This document shows, one piece after another, positions 39,570 to 49,695 of a DNA stretch of 64,000 nucleotides. The notes beneath the pieces were generated by a model, which saw nothing but the letters and a program-made list of their open reading frames with translations, was not told where the DNA came from and searched no databases. The position numbers were made by a program, and so were the translations under genes. Every line of letters begins with the position of its first letter. Within the stretch, counting starts at the first letter, position 1. The stretch is from Parcubacteria group bacterium (lineage in GTDB: Bacteria; Patescibacteriota; Minisyncoccia; Phycocordibacterales; CSBR16-119). The stretch spans positions 16,269-80,268 of the forward strand of contig CALRFT010000004.1 of NCBI GenBank assembly GCA_943356745.1, in the 5' to 3' direction.

Positions 39570-39601
39570 AGAAAAGAGCGAAGCCTTCGGCTTCGCTCTT
39601 T

Positions 39602-39733
39602 TTAATTCCACTCATCTGGATTGTAGTCAGAATCACCTCCTTCTTCTTCATCCTCAAATTCATCAAAAGAATCTTGAGTATCAAAAAAATCTTCATCTAA
39701 AATATCATCATCTGGAATAATAAAATCCGACAT
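39602..39733 (-). CDS. 43-aa highly acidic small protein
   Basis: MSDFIIPDDDILDEDFFDTQDSFDEFEDEEEGGDSDYNPDEWN*; ends at the terminator shared with tyrS. Confidence 0.65.
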   Translation of the reverse strand: MSDFIIPDDDILDEDFFDTQDSFDEFEDEEEGGDSDYNPDEWN

Positions 39734-39804
39734 GGTATTACAAAATAAATTTAATTTAATAATTACAGTTAGTTTTAACAAAAAGAAAGTTTCTACGCAA
39801 GATT

Positions 39805-40290
39805 TTATTTGTGAATATCTCGAGCCGAAGCAAGATCGGTTAATCCAATAGCTATTGCATCGATTTCATCATCCTGTTTGGTATCTTTTGATATATGTAT
39901 TAGTTTGGTAACCATAAGATACACTTGTTCTTTTGTAGCTTTTCCATAACCTGTCACGGCATTTTTAATCTGAGGTGGAGTATATTCTGAAATTGTAAGA
40001 TTGTGATTTGATGCAATAAACATAAGTACTCCTCGAACTTCCGCGACTCCTAAAACGGTTTTTGTGTTGTTAGTATGAAACACACTTTCAATAGCAAAAC
40101 GATTTGGTTTGTATTGTTCTATTATTTTTTCAACCTCTTTACCAACAAGGAAAATACGTTCATGTAATTTTATTTTTGGGCTTGTTTTAAAACATTCAGA
40201 AAAAAGAAGTTCCTCTTTTTTACCTTTTTCTTTTTGTATTACAGCGATACCGAGTCTCTCGTATCCAGGGTCAATTGATATTGTTACCAT
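39805..40290 (-). CDS. ruvC: Holliday junction resolvase RuvC
   Basis: SIDPG, AIESVF, VTGYGKATKEQV, DDEIDAIAIG. Confidence 0.96.
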   Translation of the reverse strand: MVTISIDPGYERLGIAVIQKEKGKKEELLFSECFKTSPKIKLHERIFLVGKEVEKIIEQYKPNRFAIESVFHTNNTKTVLGVAEVRGVLMFIASNHNLTISEYTPPQIKNAVTGYGKATKEQVYLMVTKLIHISKDTKQDDEIDAIAIGLTDLASARDIHK

Positions 40291-40322
40291 GTGTATAGTA
40301 TAACAGGTGTTATAATCTAGTC

Positions 40323-42032
40323 ATGGCGAATTTTAATGATGAGCAACAAATAAAACTTACAAGTTCACTTCGGGAACGAGAAGAAGAAGAATTGGTGAAA
40401 ACACTTGCAAGTACACAATATAGAATTCCTTATATTGATCTTACTAAAATAATGGTTGAAAATATTGCTCTTTCTATCGTTCCTGAATCTTTTTCAAGAA
40501 GTTTTGGAATTGTTCCTTTTGCTTTGAAAGGTAAAGAATTATCAATAGGTTTACAGTCTCCTGAACGAAAAGAGGTTGTTCAATTTCTTGAAATCTTAAA
40601 ATCCAAAGGATATATCTTGGATTTGTATATGGTTTCAAGTTCTAGTGTAAAAAAAGTACTTGAAAGATATGAAGAAATATCTTCCGCAGAACGTGTAAAA
40701 GCAGGAAGTCTTGATATTTCAGCCGAAGTGCTTAGTCAAAAAATAAATGAAATAAAAACAATTCAAGATGTTGAATTTCAAATACAAAAAAATAATGACA
40801 ATTCTCAAACACACAGAATTACAAATATTTTAGAAATTATTTTTGCTGGAGCAATTTCACTTGGTGTTTCTGATGTTCACATAGAACCAGAAGAGGGAAA
40901 TACAATCATTCGATTTCGACTTGATGGTGTTCTTCATAATGTAATAACTATAGATCATCAAACATACTGGCTTATAAATTCTCGAATTAAACTCCTTTCG
41001 GGGATGAAACTCACAAAAGGACGAGCACAAGATGGAAGATTTTCTATTTTTATTGATGGTTCAGAAATTTCAATGCGTACATCAATTATGCCAGGAGCTT
41101 TTGGTGAAGGTGTTGTAATGCGTATACTTAATCCAAAATCAATTGAGGTAGAGTTAGAAGATCTTGGTATTGAAGAAAAACTTTTCAAAATTATCAATAG
41201 AGAGATTGAAAAACCAAACGGAATGATTTTAATTACAGGACCAACAGGTTCTGGAAAAACAACAACTCTTTATTCATTTCTTCGAAGAATAAAATCAGAA
41301 GAAAATAAAGTAATCACAATTGAAGACCCAATTGAATACCATCTTTCTGGTATTACCCAAACACAAACAAACAGTTCTAAAGAGTATGATTTTGCTGCTG
41401 GGCTTCGTGCGGCGCTTCGTCACGACCCTGATGTTGTAATGGTGGGGGAAATTCGAGATAGTGAAACAGCAATAATTGCTGTTGAATCATCTCTTACTGG
41501 ACACCTCGTGTTTTCAACACTCCATACAAATAATGCGGCAGGGGTAATTCCACGTCTTATTGATTTGAGTGTAAACCCAAAAACACTTTCTTCAGCGCTT
41601 TCAATAGCTATTGGTCAACGTCTTGTGAGAAAAATTTGTCCCTACTGTAAAAAACAAAGAGATATAACAGAAGAAGAAAAGAAAGTTATAGATTCTGTAT
41701 TAATAAATGCTGAAAATGACGGAAAAGATATAAAGGCATATAATATAGATAAAAATCAAACTCTTAAACTGTACCAAGCTGTGGGTTGTGAAAAATGTAA
41801 TGGGGTAGGATATAAAGGCCGAATTGGAATTTTTGAAGCTGTTGTAGCAGATGAAACAATGCAAGAACTCATGCCTCAAAACCCAAGTGAAACAGAAATT
41901 CGAAAAGCTGCTAAAAAACAAGGAATTCTTGATATGAAAGAAGATGGAATAATTAAAGCCTTGAAAGGTGTCACTTCTATTGAAGAGGTAAAAAGCGTTG
42001 TTGATATATATGAAGATATTGATTATATATAA
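40323..42032 (+). CDS. pilB: GspE/PilB family type IV pilus assembly ATPase
   Basis: SDVHIEP, GPTGSGKTTT, TIEDPIEY, LRHDPD, STLHTN, two CxxC. Confidence 0.9.
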   Translation: MANFNDEQQIKLTSSLREREEEELVKTLASTQYRIPYIDLTKIMVENIALSIVPESFSRSFGIVPFALKGKELSIGLQSPERKEVVQFLEILKSKGYILDLYMVSSSSVKKVLERYEEISSAERVKAGSLDISAEVLSQKINEIKTIQDVEFQIQKNNDNSQTHRITNILEIIFAGAISLGVSDVHIEPEEGNTIIRFRLDGVLHNVITIDHQTYWLINSRIKLLSGMKLTKGRAQDGRFSIFIDGSEISMRTSIMPGAFGEGVVMRILNPKSIEVELEDLGIEEKLFKIINREIEKPNGMILITGPTGSGKTTTLYSFLRRIKSEENKVITIEDPIEYHLSGITQTQTNSSKEYDFAAGLRAALRHDPDVVMVGEIRDSETAIIAVESSLTGHLVFSTLHTNNAAGVIPRLIDLSVNPKTLSSALSIAIGQRLVRKICPYCKKQRDITEEEKKVIDSVLINAENDGKDIKAYNIDKNQTLKLYQAVGCEKCNGVGYKGRIGIFEAVVADETMQELMPQNPSETEIRKAAKKQGILDMKEDGIIKALKGVTSIEEVKSVVDIYEDIDYI

Positions 42033-42035
42033 AAT

Positions 42036-42235
42036 AAAAACCAGCGAATATCGCTGGTTTTTATTGTATAGGAGTAAAATCTCTAATCTTTAAACATTCC
42101 TAATATCACTTTTGCAATACTAGTAACGAAAAAGCGATAAGGATAGATTCAGTCGGAACCAAACCGTCCTCTGCAAAGCCGTAGTGGGCGTACCCAGAAT
42201 GCTTAAAGATTACAAACTTTCTCCTAAGAGACACA
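42036..42235 (-). ncRNA. Candidate stand-alone structured ncRNA (~200 nt)
   Basis: TTGACA-17-TATATT promoter, long stems with G-U pairs on the minus strand, terminator. Confidence 0.6.
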
Positions 42236-42371
42236 TATGAGAATATAGAAAAGAAAACAATCACTGTCAAGCTTTCTGTCTTTTTAAAAGCTTACAAACA
42301 CAAATGTATCATATAAAAAATATATTGTCAAGTACTTATGACTAGTTTGTTTTATTTGATATAATACAAAT

Positions 42372-43349
42372 ATGAATAGCGAATCTCGTACTGGTGATAA
42401 TTATCTTGATCAAACCCTTCGTCCTCATACTTGGGATGAATATATTGGTCAAGAAATAATAAAGCAAAACCTTAAAATTCTTCTTAAGGCAGCAGAAGAA
42501 CGAGGTCATCCAGCTGAACATATTCTTTTTTATGGTCCTCCGGGCCTTGGAAAAACAACCCTTGCAAACCTTATTGCAAAAGAGACAGGTAGACAAATAA
42601 AAATCACATCCGGTCCGGCAATTGAAAAAGTAGGAGATCTTGCTTCAATACTCACAAACCTTTCAGAAGGAGATATTTTATTCATTGATGAAATTCACAG
42701 ACTTAATAAATCTGTAGAAGAAGTTTTGTATCCTGCGATGGAGTCCGGTGTCCTCGATATTATTATCGGAAAAGGTCCAAGTGCTCGTACCATCCAACTT
42801 GATCTTCCGCCATTCACTCTTGTTGCAGCAACTACTCGAATATCACTTCTCTCATCACCTCTTCGGTCTCGGTTTTCTGGGGGTGTACATAGACTCGAAA
42901 TGTACTCTCTTGATGAAATGGAGAAGATTGTAGATAGATCTTCACACATACTTGGCGTGATTGCAGAAAAACAAGCAATTCAAGAAATTGCAAAACGTGC
43001 AAGAAGTACACCAAGAACCGCAAACTATTTTTTAAAAAGATGTCGAGACTATGCCCAGGTTCATAAGCATGACCTTAATACAGAAAGTGTTAGAAAAGCA
43101 TTGCAATTACTAGGTGTTGATGAGCTTGGTCTTTTTGAAACAGACAGAAATCTACTCCGTATTCTAATAGAAAAATTCAATGGTGGACCTGTCGGACTCA
43201 AGACTCTTGCTGCAGCAACGGGTGATGAAGAATCAACAATTGAAGATGTTGTTGAACCATACCTTATTCAACTTGGGTTTATTGAAAGAACAGCAAGAGG
43301 AAGAATTGCTACAGAAAAAGCCTACGAACATCTTGAAATAATAAAATAA
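42372..43349 (+). CDS. ruvB: Holliday junction branch migration helicase RuvB
   Basis: GPPGLGKTTLA, FIDEIHRL, EPYLIQ..RTARGR. Confidence 0.97.
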   Translation: MNSESRTGDNYLDQTLRPHTWDEYIGQEIIKQNLKILLKAAEERGHPAEHILFYGPPGLGKTTLANLIAKETGRQIKITSGPAIEKVGDLASILTNLSEGDILFIDEIHRLNKSVEEVLYPAMESGVLDIIIGKGPSARTIQLDLPPFTLVAATTRISLLSSPLRSRFSGGVHRLEMYSLDEMEKIVDRSSHILGVIAEKQAIQEIAKRARSTPRTANYFLKRCRDYAQVHKHDLNTESVRKALQLLGVDELGLFETDRNLLRILIEKFNGGPVGLKTLAAATGDEESTIEDVVEPYLIQLGFIERTARGRIATEKAYEHLEIIK

Positions 43350-43386
43350 TTTGACTCTAAAAATCTTTTTAGAGTATAATTTAAAA

Positions 43387-43580
43387 AAAGATTGCACTGA
43401 AAGGACTTACGAGCTAGCGGGTCTTAAAGGGGAATATACCCAGACCATAAGCTAAGGTGGGAGATAGAAACAGGACCCATACTGTACCGAAGCTATGGAT
43501 CAGGTTAGTAACTGGTGATAGGTCTTTCTTTTTTGTTTTCTAAAAAAGATGAGACCCTTTTTAGGGTCTCTTTCTTTTTC
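43387..43580 (+). ncRNA. Candidate stand-alone structured ncRNA
   Basis: TTGACT-18-TATAAT promoter, paired ends, internal hairpins, terminator at 43551-43580. Confidence 0.55.
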
Positions 43581-43604
43581 TCTTAATTATCTATACTTAA
43601 TAAT

Positions 43605-44135
43605 ATGTCAGGGCACAATAAATGGTCAAAAATAAAACATAAAAAAGCAGCAATAGATTCTCAAAAATCAAAAGTTTTTGGAAGAATTGTCCGCTTGATT
43701 CAAGTGGAAGCCAAAAAAAGTGGAGGAAATCTTGATTCACCAGGACTCCGTCTTGCTTTGGAGAAAGCACGAAAGGCAAATATGCCGAGCGATAATATTG
43801 ATCGTGCTATCAAAAAAGGTAATGAAGGCGGTGCAGATATGCAAGAAGTTGTATTCGAAGCATATGGCCCTGGAGGTGTTGGGATGATAATCACAGCTTT
43901 GACTGATAATAACAATCGGACAAGTCAAGAAATAAGACATATTCTTACTAAAAATAATGGTGTTTTTAGTACCCCAGGTTCTGTCTCTTGGAATTTTACC
44001 AAAAATCAAGAACGAGACTTTGTACCAAATTCAACAATTCCGCTCAATGAAGAAGATGGAGAAAAACTCGAAAGACTTATAGAAGCAATAGAAGAACAGG
44101 ATGATGTACAGGAAATATATATAAATGCTGAATAA
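43605..44135 (+). CDS. yebC: YebC/PmpR family protein (short form)
   Basis: MSGHNKWSKIKHKK, EAYGPGG, TDNNNRT. Confidence 0.95.
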   Translation: MSGHNKWSKIKHKKAAIDSQKSKVFGRIVRLIQVEAKKSGGNLDSPGLRLALEKARKANMPSDNIDRAIKKGNEGGADMQEVVFEAYGPGGVGMIITALTDNNNRTSQEIRHILTKNNGVFSTPGSVSWNFTKNQERDFVPNSTIPLNEEDGEKLERLIEAIEEQDDVQEIYINAE

Positions 44136-44315
44136 AAACCTTGATTTTTCAAGGTTTTTATATTTGTCTCTTATATAAATAAAAGGACACATAGTACTTG
44201 ACAAGAAGGGTATAAGTGTGCTATATATAATGTAAATAAACCCAAATCAGGTCCAGTAGCTTTGCTGTCTGGATAAACAAAAACCAGGCAGAAATGCCAT
44301 AAAAAACAATACAAA

Positions 44316-46460
44316 ATGAAACAAATTCTTGTTTTTCTGACCTTGATTGGTCTGCTCCTTGTAAACTTAAAACTTAACGCACAAGTTGAGTACTACAATG
44401 AGAAAAATCCTCGTCCGGAAGGGGCAACGCTTTATCCAACGATGAAAAATGCTCATAAAGGTACCAATTTCTCTGTTGATGAAGTGAGACTTGCTCACTT
44501 AAAAGGATTGAATACTTCAATTCCTTTGGATCAATTACATAACTCTTACAAAGAGTTCCGTACTATTGAATTTGCATACTACAGCACAATTCTTGGTGAA
44601 ACACAAAAACCAAGCGATGTTGCTGATTGGGTTTCGGTCAACTTTCCTGATTTAGGAGGGGATCCCGAACTATGGCAAGAGAAATCTTTTCCATTTTTGG
44701 AAGAGATATCTCTAAATGCTACCGATACCATTGTTTCTCTTGGCTATCTTGATCAAGATGCATATGGTTCCAAAAAAGGAATGAAGTCAATTGAAAGAGC
44801 TCCTTACCGAGACGGACAAAACAGTTATCGAGAAAATGAAAAGTTTCTAGGACTTCCTCTTGAAAAGCTTTCGGGACGACCTGAGTTTGTTGGGGTGTAC
44901 ATAGTGCATTATTCACTTGGTTGTGGAAATGCTGTTATGTTAAAAAACCCTCAAAAACTTAAAATTGCAAAACCAAATCTGGAGTTTGTTGAAACACAAC
45001 AAGCAACTGATCCGGGTGTTCGTTATTTGGGATCTGATTGGGTTGTTAGTATTGAATATTATACAATTCAACAACCTTTGGTTCAGATGGCTCCGCAAAA
45101 TTTTAATTATTGCGGTGTATCCTATCAGTGGGGTTTTAATTACAATCCTTGCTGGTGGAGTCCTGCGGTGTATTACCCGACTAATTGTTGGGGTTGTACA
45201 ACTTATGTTCCACAGCAACCAGTCACAAACAACTACTATTATGAAGGTGATACCTACATTACAAATGAAGGTGATACCTACATTACAAATGAAGGTGATC
45301 AAATCATAAATGAAGGTGATGTTGTTATTGTGAATAATAACCCTCCTGCTGACGATGACGATGGTGGACCAGTATTACCTCCAAATGGAGATGATGACGA
45401 TGGTGGACCAGTACTTGGAGAAAACGGTGATGATTCAACACCAGACAACAATGATGGCGGACCAAATCTCGGTGAGAATGGCCCCAATCTTGGAAATAAT
45501 GGTGAAGAAACAGACAATGGTGACAATAACGGTGGCGGAGGTAATCTTGGTGGAAGTGGAATGATTGCTAATGATTCAGATTCAAAACAAACTCAAAAGA
45601 CGGTATCTTTTTCAGATATTAGTCCAAAGGTTCAATCAGAATATTGGAACAGTACAAAACAATCTCTTGTACAAAAAGAGACTGCTTATGCACAAAATCA
45701 ATCTTCTAATAACACATCAAAAAAACCTGCAAATTGGAATGTTCAAAATACATCCAATATTCAAAACCAGGGTGTGTCTACCAAACAACCGGCAGAAGGT
45801 GTATCTACTCAACAAAATACATCCCCAACACTTAGTGGTAATTCTACTAAACAACCAGCTGGTACAACATCAACAAAACCTGCAAACTGGAACGCAACAG
45901 CAAACACAAGTCCTGCTGTGGGTGGTGGAAAAAATCCTGGAACAACAAACACCAAACCTCAAAATACAGGAACAACAACTGCTCCTGTTCGAGGTAATGG
46001 TACAAATGGAACCACAGGAAATAATTCTTCCACGACTTCAGTACGACAACCAGCTCAAGGGAAACCCTTAAACTGGAACGCAACAGCAAACACAAGTCCT
46101 GCTGTGGGTGGTGGAAAAAATCCTGGAACAACAAACACCAAACCTCAAAATACAGGAACAACAACTGCTCCTGTTCGAGGTAATGGTACAAGTGGAACCA
46201 CATACAAACCCTCTCAAAACACAACAGTTCAAAGAGGGAATGGTGGAACTAACACTTCTTCAACATCAGGAAAACTGAATACTGGAAATTATCAAACTTC
46301 TAATAATTCAGGTACGACCTCTCAAAGCTCTACCGCTATGAAAGGTTCAAATAATTATTCTGGTGGAAAAGTAAGTGGGGGAAACACTGGTGGAATGAGA
46401 AGTTCTGGTGGTGGTTCAGGTGGTTCTGTCGGTGGAGGTTCTCGTGGAGGGCGTCGTTAA
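44316..46460 (+). CDS. Secreted low-complexity repeat protein
   Basis: Signal peptide; aromatic/Cys-rich segment; acidic and T/N/G-rich repeats; GGSRGGRR tail. Confidence 0.8.
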   Translation: MKQILVFLTLIGLLLVNLKLNAQVEYYNEKNPRPEGATLYPTMKNAHKGTNFSVDEVRLAHLKGLNTSIPLDQLHNSYKEFRTIEFAYYSTILGETQKPSDVADWVSVNFPDLGGDPELWQEKSFPFLEEISLNATDTIVSLGYLDQDAYGSKKGMKSIERAPYRDGQNSYRENEKFLGLPLEKLSGRPEFVGVYIVHYSLGCGNAVMLKNPQKLKIAKPNLEFVETQQATDPGVRYLGSDWVVSIEYYTIQQPLVQMAPQNFNYCGVSYQWGFNYNPCWWSPAVYYPTNCWGCTTYVPQQPVTNNYYYEGDTYITNEGDTYITNEGDQIINEGDVVIVNNNPPADDDDGGPVLPPNGDDDDGGPVLGENGDDSTPDNNDGGPNLGENGPNLGNNGEETDNGDNNGGGGNLGGSGMIANDSDSKQTQKTVSFSDISPKVQSEYWNSTKQSLVQKETAYAQNQSSNNTSKKPANWNVQNTSNIQNQGVSTKQPAEGVSTQQNTSPTLSGNSTKQPAGTTSTKPANWNATANTSPAVGGGKNPGTTNTKPQNTGTTTAPVRGNGTNGTTGNNSSTTSVRQPAQGKPLNWNATANTSPAVGGGKNPGTTNTKPQNTGTTTAPVRGNGTSGTTYKPSQNTTVQRGNGGTNTSSTSGKLNTGNYQTSNNSGTTSQSSTAMKGSNNYSGGKVSGGNTGGMRSSGGGSGGSVGGGSRGGRR
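45884..46191 (+). repeat. Intragenic 122-bp direct repeat (45884-46005 and 46070-46191)
   Basis: Copies identical by eye, encoding NWNATANTSPAVGGGKNPGTTNTKPQNTGTTTAPVRGNGT. Confidence 0.9.
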
Positions 46461-46656
46461 GTTTTATGAATGGTTCTTTCAAAGGAGGTTTAAAAGCCTC
46501 CTTTGTATTTTTTAGATCTTAATATCTTGCTTTTTCTTATAAAAAGCATTAATTTACGAGAGTATTGAGGTCTGAACGGTACAAGTGAACATATTGACAA
46601 TTTTAGATTAATATGTTATTATAATACTGTTTAATTAAAAAGTAACGATTTTTATT

Positions 46657-49128
46657 ATGAAAAAAACATTTAAAACAATAGTATACGGTTTCATGACAAT
46701 GGTCCTTTTTGGATCATCAGCTCAAGCTGTGCTTGCTGCAACTGTATTTAATAATCACCCAAACGACTATCAAACAATTCTCGTTTCAAACTATACTGAC
46801 AATCCCGGTTCAAATTCAAACTGGTCAACATCAGTTTCTGCTGATGCTGGAGATGTTATCTCTGTTCTTGTGTATTACCACAATAATGGTTCAGAAAATG
46901 CAACATCAACAAAACTTAAGATTAGTAATGGTCAAACACTAGGGTCTTCACAAACACATACGTTTTCAGGTTCAGTTTCTGCTGCAAATGCTTCAACTGT
47001 TTTTGGATCAGCAACTGTAAACATTTCAAGTTCACAATCTTTGAATTATGTTTCTGGTTCAGCTTCTTGGTATGCAAATAACCAAAGTTCAACAGAATAT
47101 ACACTTCCAAATGGACAAAATGGGACAGAAGTGTTCACAAGTTCTGGTGTAAATATTGGAACGATTGCTCCAGGATGGGCATCACAAGGTTCATTTGTTG
47201 TTCAATATAAAGTTGGATCAACAACTCAAAACCAAACACCAATCGTTACAACAAACTCATACTCTCTCAATGGTAACCAAGCAACTCTTAATGGTTACGT
47301 AAATGGACAAGGACAAAACCCTTATACATACTTTGTATATGGAACAAGTTCAAACCTAGGAAGTGGTTCACAAACAACAGCACAAGATTACCAATCTTCA
47401 ACATCTACAAATTTCTCTGAAACTGTATATGTAAATAGTAATACAACGTATTATTACAAAGCATGTGCTACAACAAACGGAGGAACAGTTTGTGGTTCAA
47501 CGCTTTCTTTCATATATAATCCAATTATTACCGTTGACCCATCACCATTTTCTGTTGTAACAAATAACGCAACAAATGTTGATGAAGATTCAGCAACTCT
47601 TAATGGAGAAGTTGAAAGTACAGGAAATAGTACAGTTTCATTTCTCAAGTTCGTATACGGAACAAACTCAAATAGTTTGTATAACACTGTATATGCAAGT
47701 CCATCTTCAACAAACTCAAATGGTGCTGATTTTGATTACAATCTTTCAGGACTTAACGATGATACTACATACTACTACAAAGCATGTGGTACAAATGCAC
47801 AAGGGGAAGATTGTGGATCTGTAAAATCTTTCACAACCGATTCTGAAGATAATGATGATAACGACAATGATAACAATGATATTGAGGTAGATACGCTTTC
47901 TGCAACAAATGTTGATGAAGATAGCGCAACTCTTCGAGGAGATATTATTGAAACAAACGGAGAAGATGTAGAGCGATATTTTGAATACGGAGAAGATAAT
48001 GATGATCTTGATGAAACAACATATCTTTCAGGAGAAACAGATGATGAAGGAACTTTCTCAAAATCTATTTCAGGTCTTGATGAAGATACTACATACTATT
48101 TCCGAGCATGTATTGAATCACAAGATTCAAATGATGACGACTGTGGATCAGTGCGATCATTCCGAACAGACGATGATAACAATAATAATGACTATGACAA
48201 TGATGGTGATTTAATTTCAAACACTACATTTGCAACAGGAATTACTGGTTCATCAGCAGTTCTTAACGGAGTTTCTATTAACGAAACTAATGCTTCATCT
48301 GTATCATACTTTGAATACGGAACATCGAGTGGAAATCTTGGACTTGGAACTTCAAGTAATACAGTTTCTGCTGGACAGACTCTTTACAACTCAAAAACAG
48401 TAACAGGTCTTCTTGCTAATACAACATATTACTACCGAATTGTTACAGGTGACGTGAAAGGGCAAATTAAGTCTTTCCGAACAGGTTCAAATGTTTCAAC
48501 TGTAGTTATTACAAATACTACAAGCACAACAACGAATACAAATACAGCGACAACAACGAAAGTTGATAATGGAGGAGCAGGAATGATTTATCTTGCTCTT
48601 GACATAACGCCAGATTTTGAAAATGTATACGAGGGAGACACAATCAACTTCGATGTTGATTATCGAAATCTATACAACGGAGATCTAGAAGATGTTGTGA
48701 TTCACGTTCGATTTCCAGAGGAAATTGAATTCCGAAAGGCAACACAAGGTTTCTATTCAGATCTTGATCGAACTTTGACTGTTGATCTTGGAGATCTAGA
48801 AGATGATGAAGAAGGAACAATCCTTATTCAAACAGACGTTCTAGGACGACTTAATAACCAAGATATTGCTGTAACAACAGCAGAAGGTACATACGACCAC
48901 CCAACAATTGAAAATGCACAAGGTTCATCTTTGGCGCACGCACTCAATACTATTCTTGAAAATGGATCAACTCTCGGAGCATTCGCTCTCGGAGCTGGAA
49001 TCTTCCCAGGAGTATTTGGATGGCTTATCTTGATTCTACTTGTTCTCGTTATCGTTTGGATTTCACGAAAAATCTATAATGATCACAATGACCGAAAGAA
49101 TCAAAAACCAACCTTTCAGATTAACTAA
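46657..49128 (+). CDS. Cell-surface protein with four FN3-like repeats, a DUF11-like domain and a C-terminal TM anchor
   Basis: Repeated ATLNG..F.YG..TTYYY.AC..CG..SF.T units; signal peptide; TM followed by a basic tail. Confidence 0.85.
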   Translation: MKKTFKTIVYGFMTMVLFGSSAQAVLAATVFNNHPNDYQTILVSNYTDNPGSNSNWSTSVSADAGDVISVLVYYHNNGSENATSTKLKISNGQTLGSSQTHTFSGSVSAANASTVFGSATVNISSSQSLNYVSGSASWYANNQSSTEYTLPNGQNGTEVFTSSGVNIGTIAPGWASQGSFVVQYKVGSTTQNQTPIVTTNSYSLNGNQATLNGYVNGQGQNPYTYFVYGTSSNLGSGSQTTAQDYQSSTSTNFSETVYVNSNTTYYYKACATTNGGTVCGSTLSFIYNPIITVDPSPFSVVTNNATNVDEDSATLNGEVESTGNSTVSFLKFVYGTNSNSLYNTVYASPSSTNSNGADFDYNLSGLNDDTTYYYKACGTNAQGEDCGSVKSFTTDSEDNDDNDNDNNDIEVDTLSATNVDEDSATLRGDIIETNGEDVERYFEYGEDNDDLDETTYLSGETDDEGTFSKSISGLDEDTTYYFRACIESQDSNDDDCGSVRSFRTDDDNNNNDYDNDGDLISNTTFATGITGSSAVLNGVSINETNASSVSYFEYGTSSGNLGLGTSSNTVSAGQTLYNSKTVTGLLANTTYYYRIVTGDVKGQIKSFRTGSNVSTVVITNTTSTTTNTNTATTTKVDNGGAGMIYLALDITPDFENVYEGDTINFDVDYRNLYNGDLEDVVIHVRFPEEIEFRKATQGFYSDLDRTLTVDLGDLEDDEEGTILIQTDVLGRLNNQDIAVTTAEGTYDHPTIENAQGSSLAHALNTILENGSTLGAFALGAGIFPGVFGWLILILLVLVIVWISRKIYNDHNDRKNQKPTFQIN

Positions 49129-49170
49129 ATCAAAAGAAAAAACCGCGTAAGCGGTTTTTTCTTTTGATTT

Positions 49171-49602
49171 CTACCACCAGATTTTTCTTGTTGTTTCGTT
49201 CATATGTTCGAAATTAAGTTTGATACTTTCTGGAATATGGTTTTGAATTTTACTTGGCCATTCAATCAAGATAAGGTTTTCTCCGTTTTGAATATCTTGC
49301 TCAAGATCAAGTGCTTTAATTTCTTCCTGTGTTTCAAAACGATATGCGTCGATATGAATCAGCGTTTTAAAATGTGGATGATTTGTAATATTGTATCGCT
49401 TCTGAATAACAAAGGTTGGGCTGATGACAATATCTTCCACTCCCAACTCCTCTGCAAGAGATTTTGTGAAGGTTGTTTTTCCGGCTCCGAGATCTCCAAT
49501 GAGTTCGATGATGGTTGCACGACCACGAAGTGGCGAAAGAGTTTTGAGAAACTCTTTCGCCACTTCGTTTGTTGTTTCAAGATTATGAGAAATATATTCC
49601 AT
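49171..49602 (-). CDS. tsaE: t6A biosynthesis ATPase TsaE
   Basis: GDLGAGKTTF, SPTF, HIDAYR, IEWP. Confidence 0.96.
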   Translation of the reverse strand: MEYISHNLETTNEVAKEFLKTLSPLRGRATIIELIGDLGAGKTTFTKSLAEELGVEDIVISPTFVIQKRYNITNHPHFKTLIHIDAYRFETQEEIKALDLEQDIQNGENLILIEWPSKIQNHIPESIKLNFEHMNETTRKIWW

Positions 49603-49695
49603 ACCCTATATTTTGCTTGATTTTAAAGGTTTAAAGTATATTGACAAATATATTTATATATCTTATTATACACTCAAATTTAAATCCCTTCAATC

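Noticed and set aside
44248-44300. SRP RNA-like CAGGTCC
   Set aside because: No GGAA tetraloop/AGCAG domain; more likely a short leader of the 44316 gene
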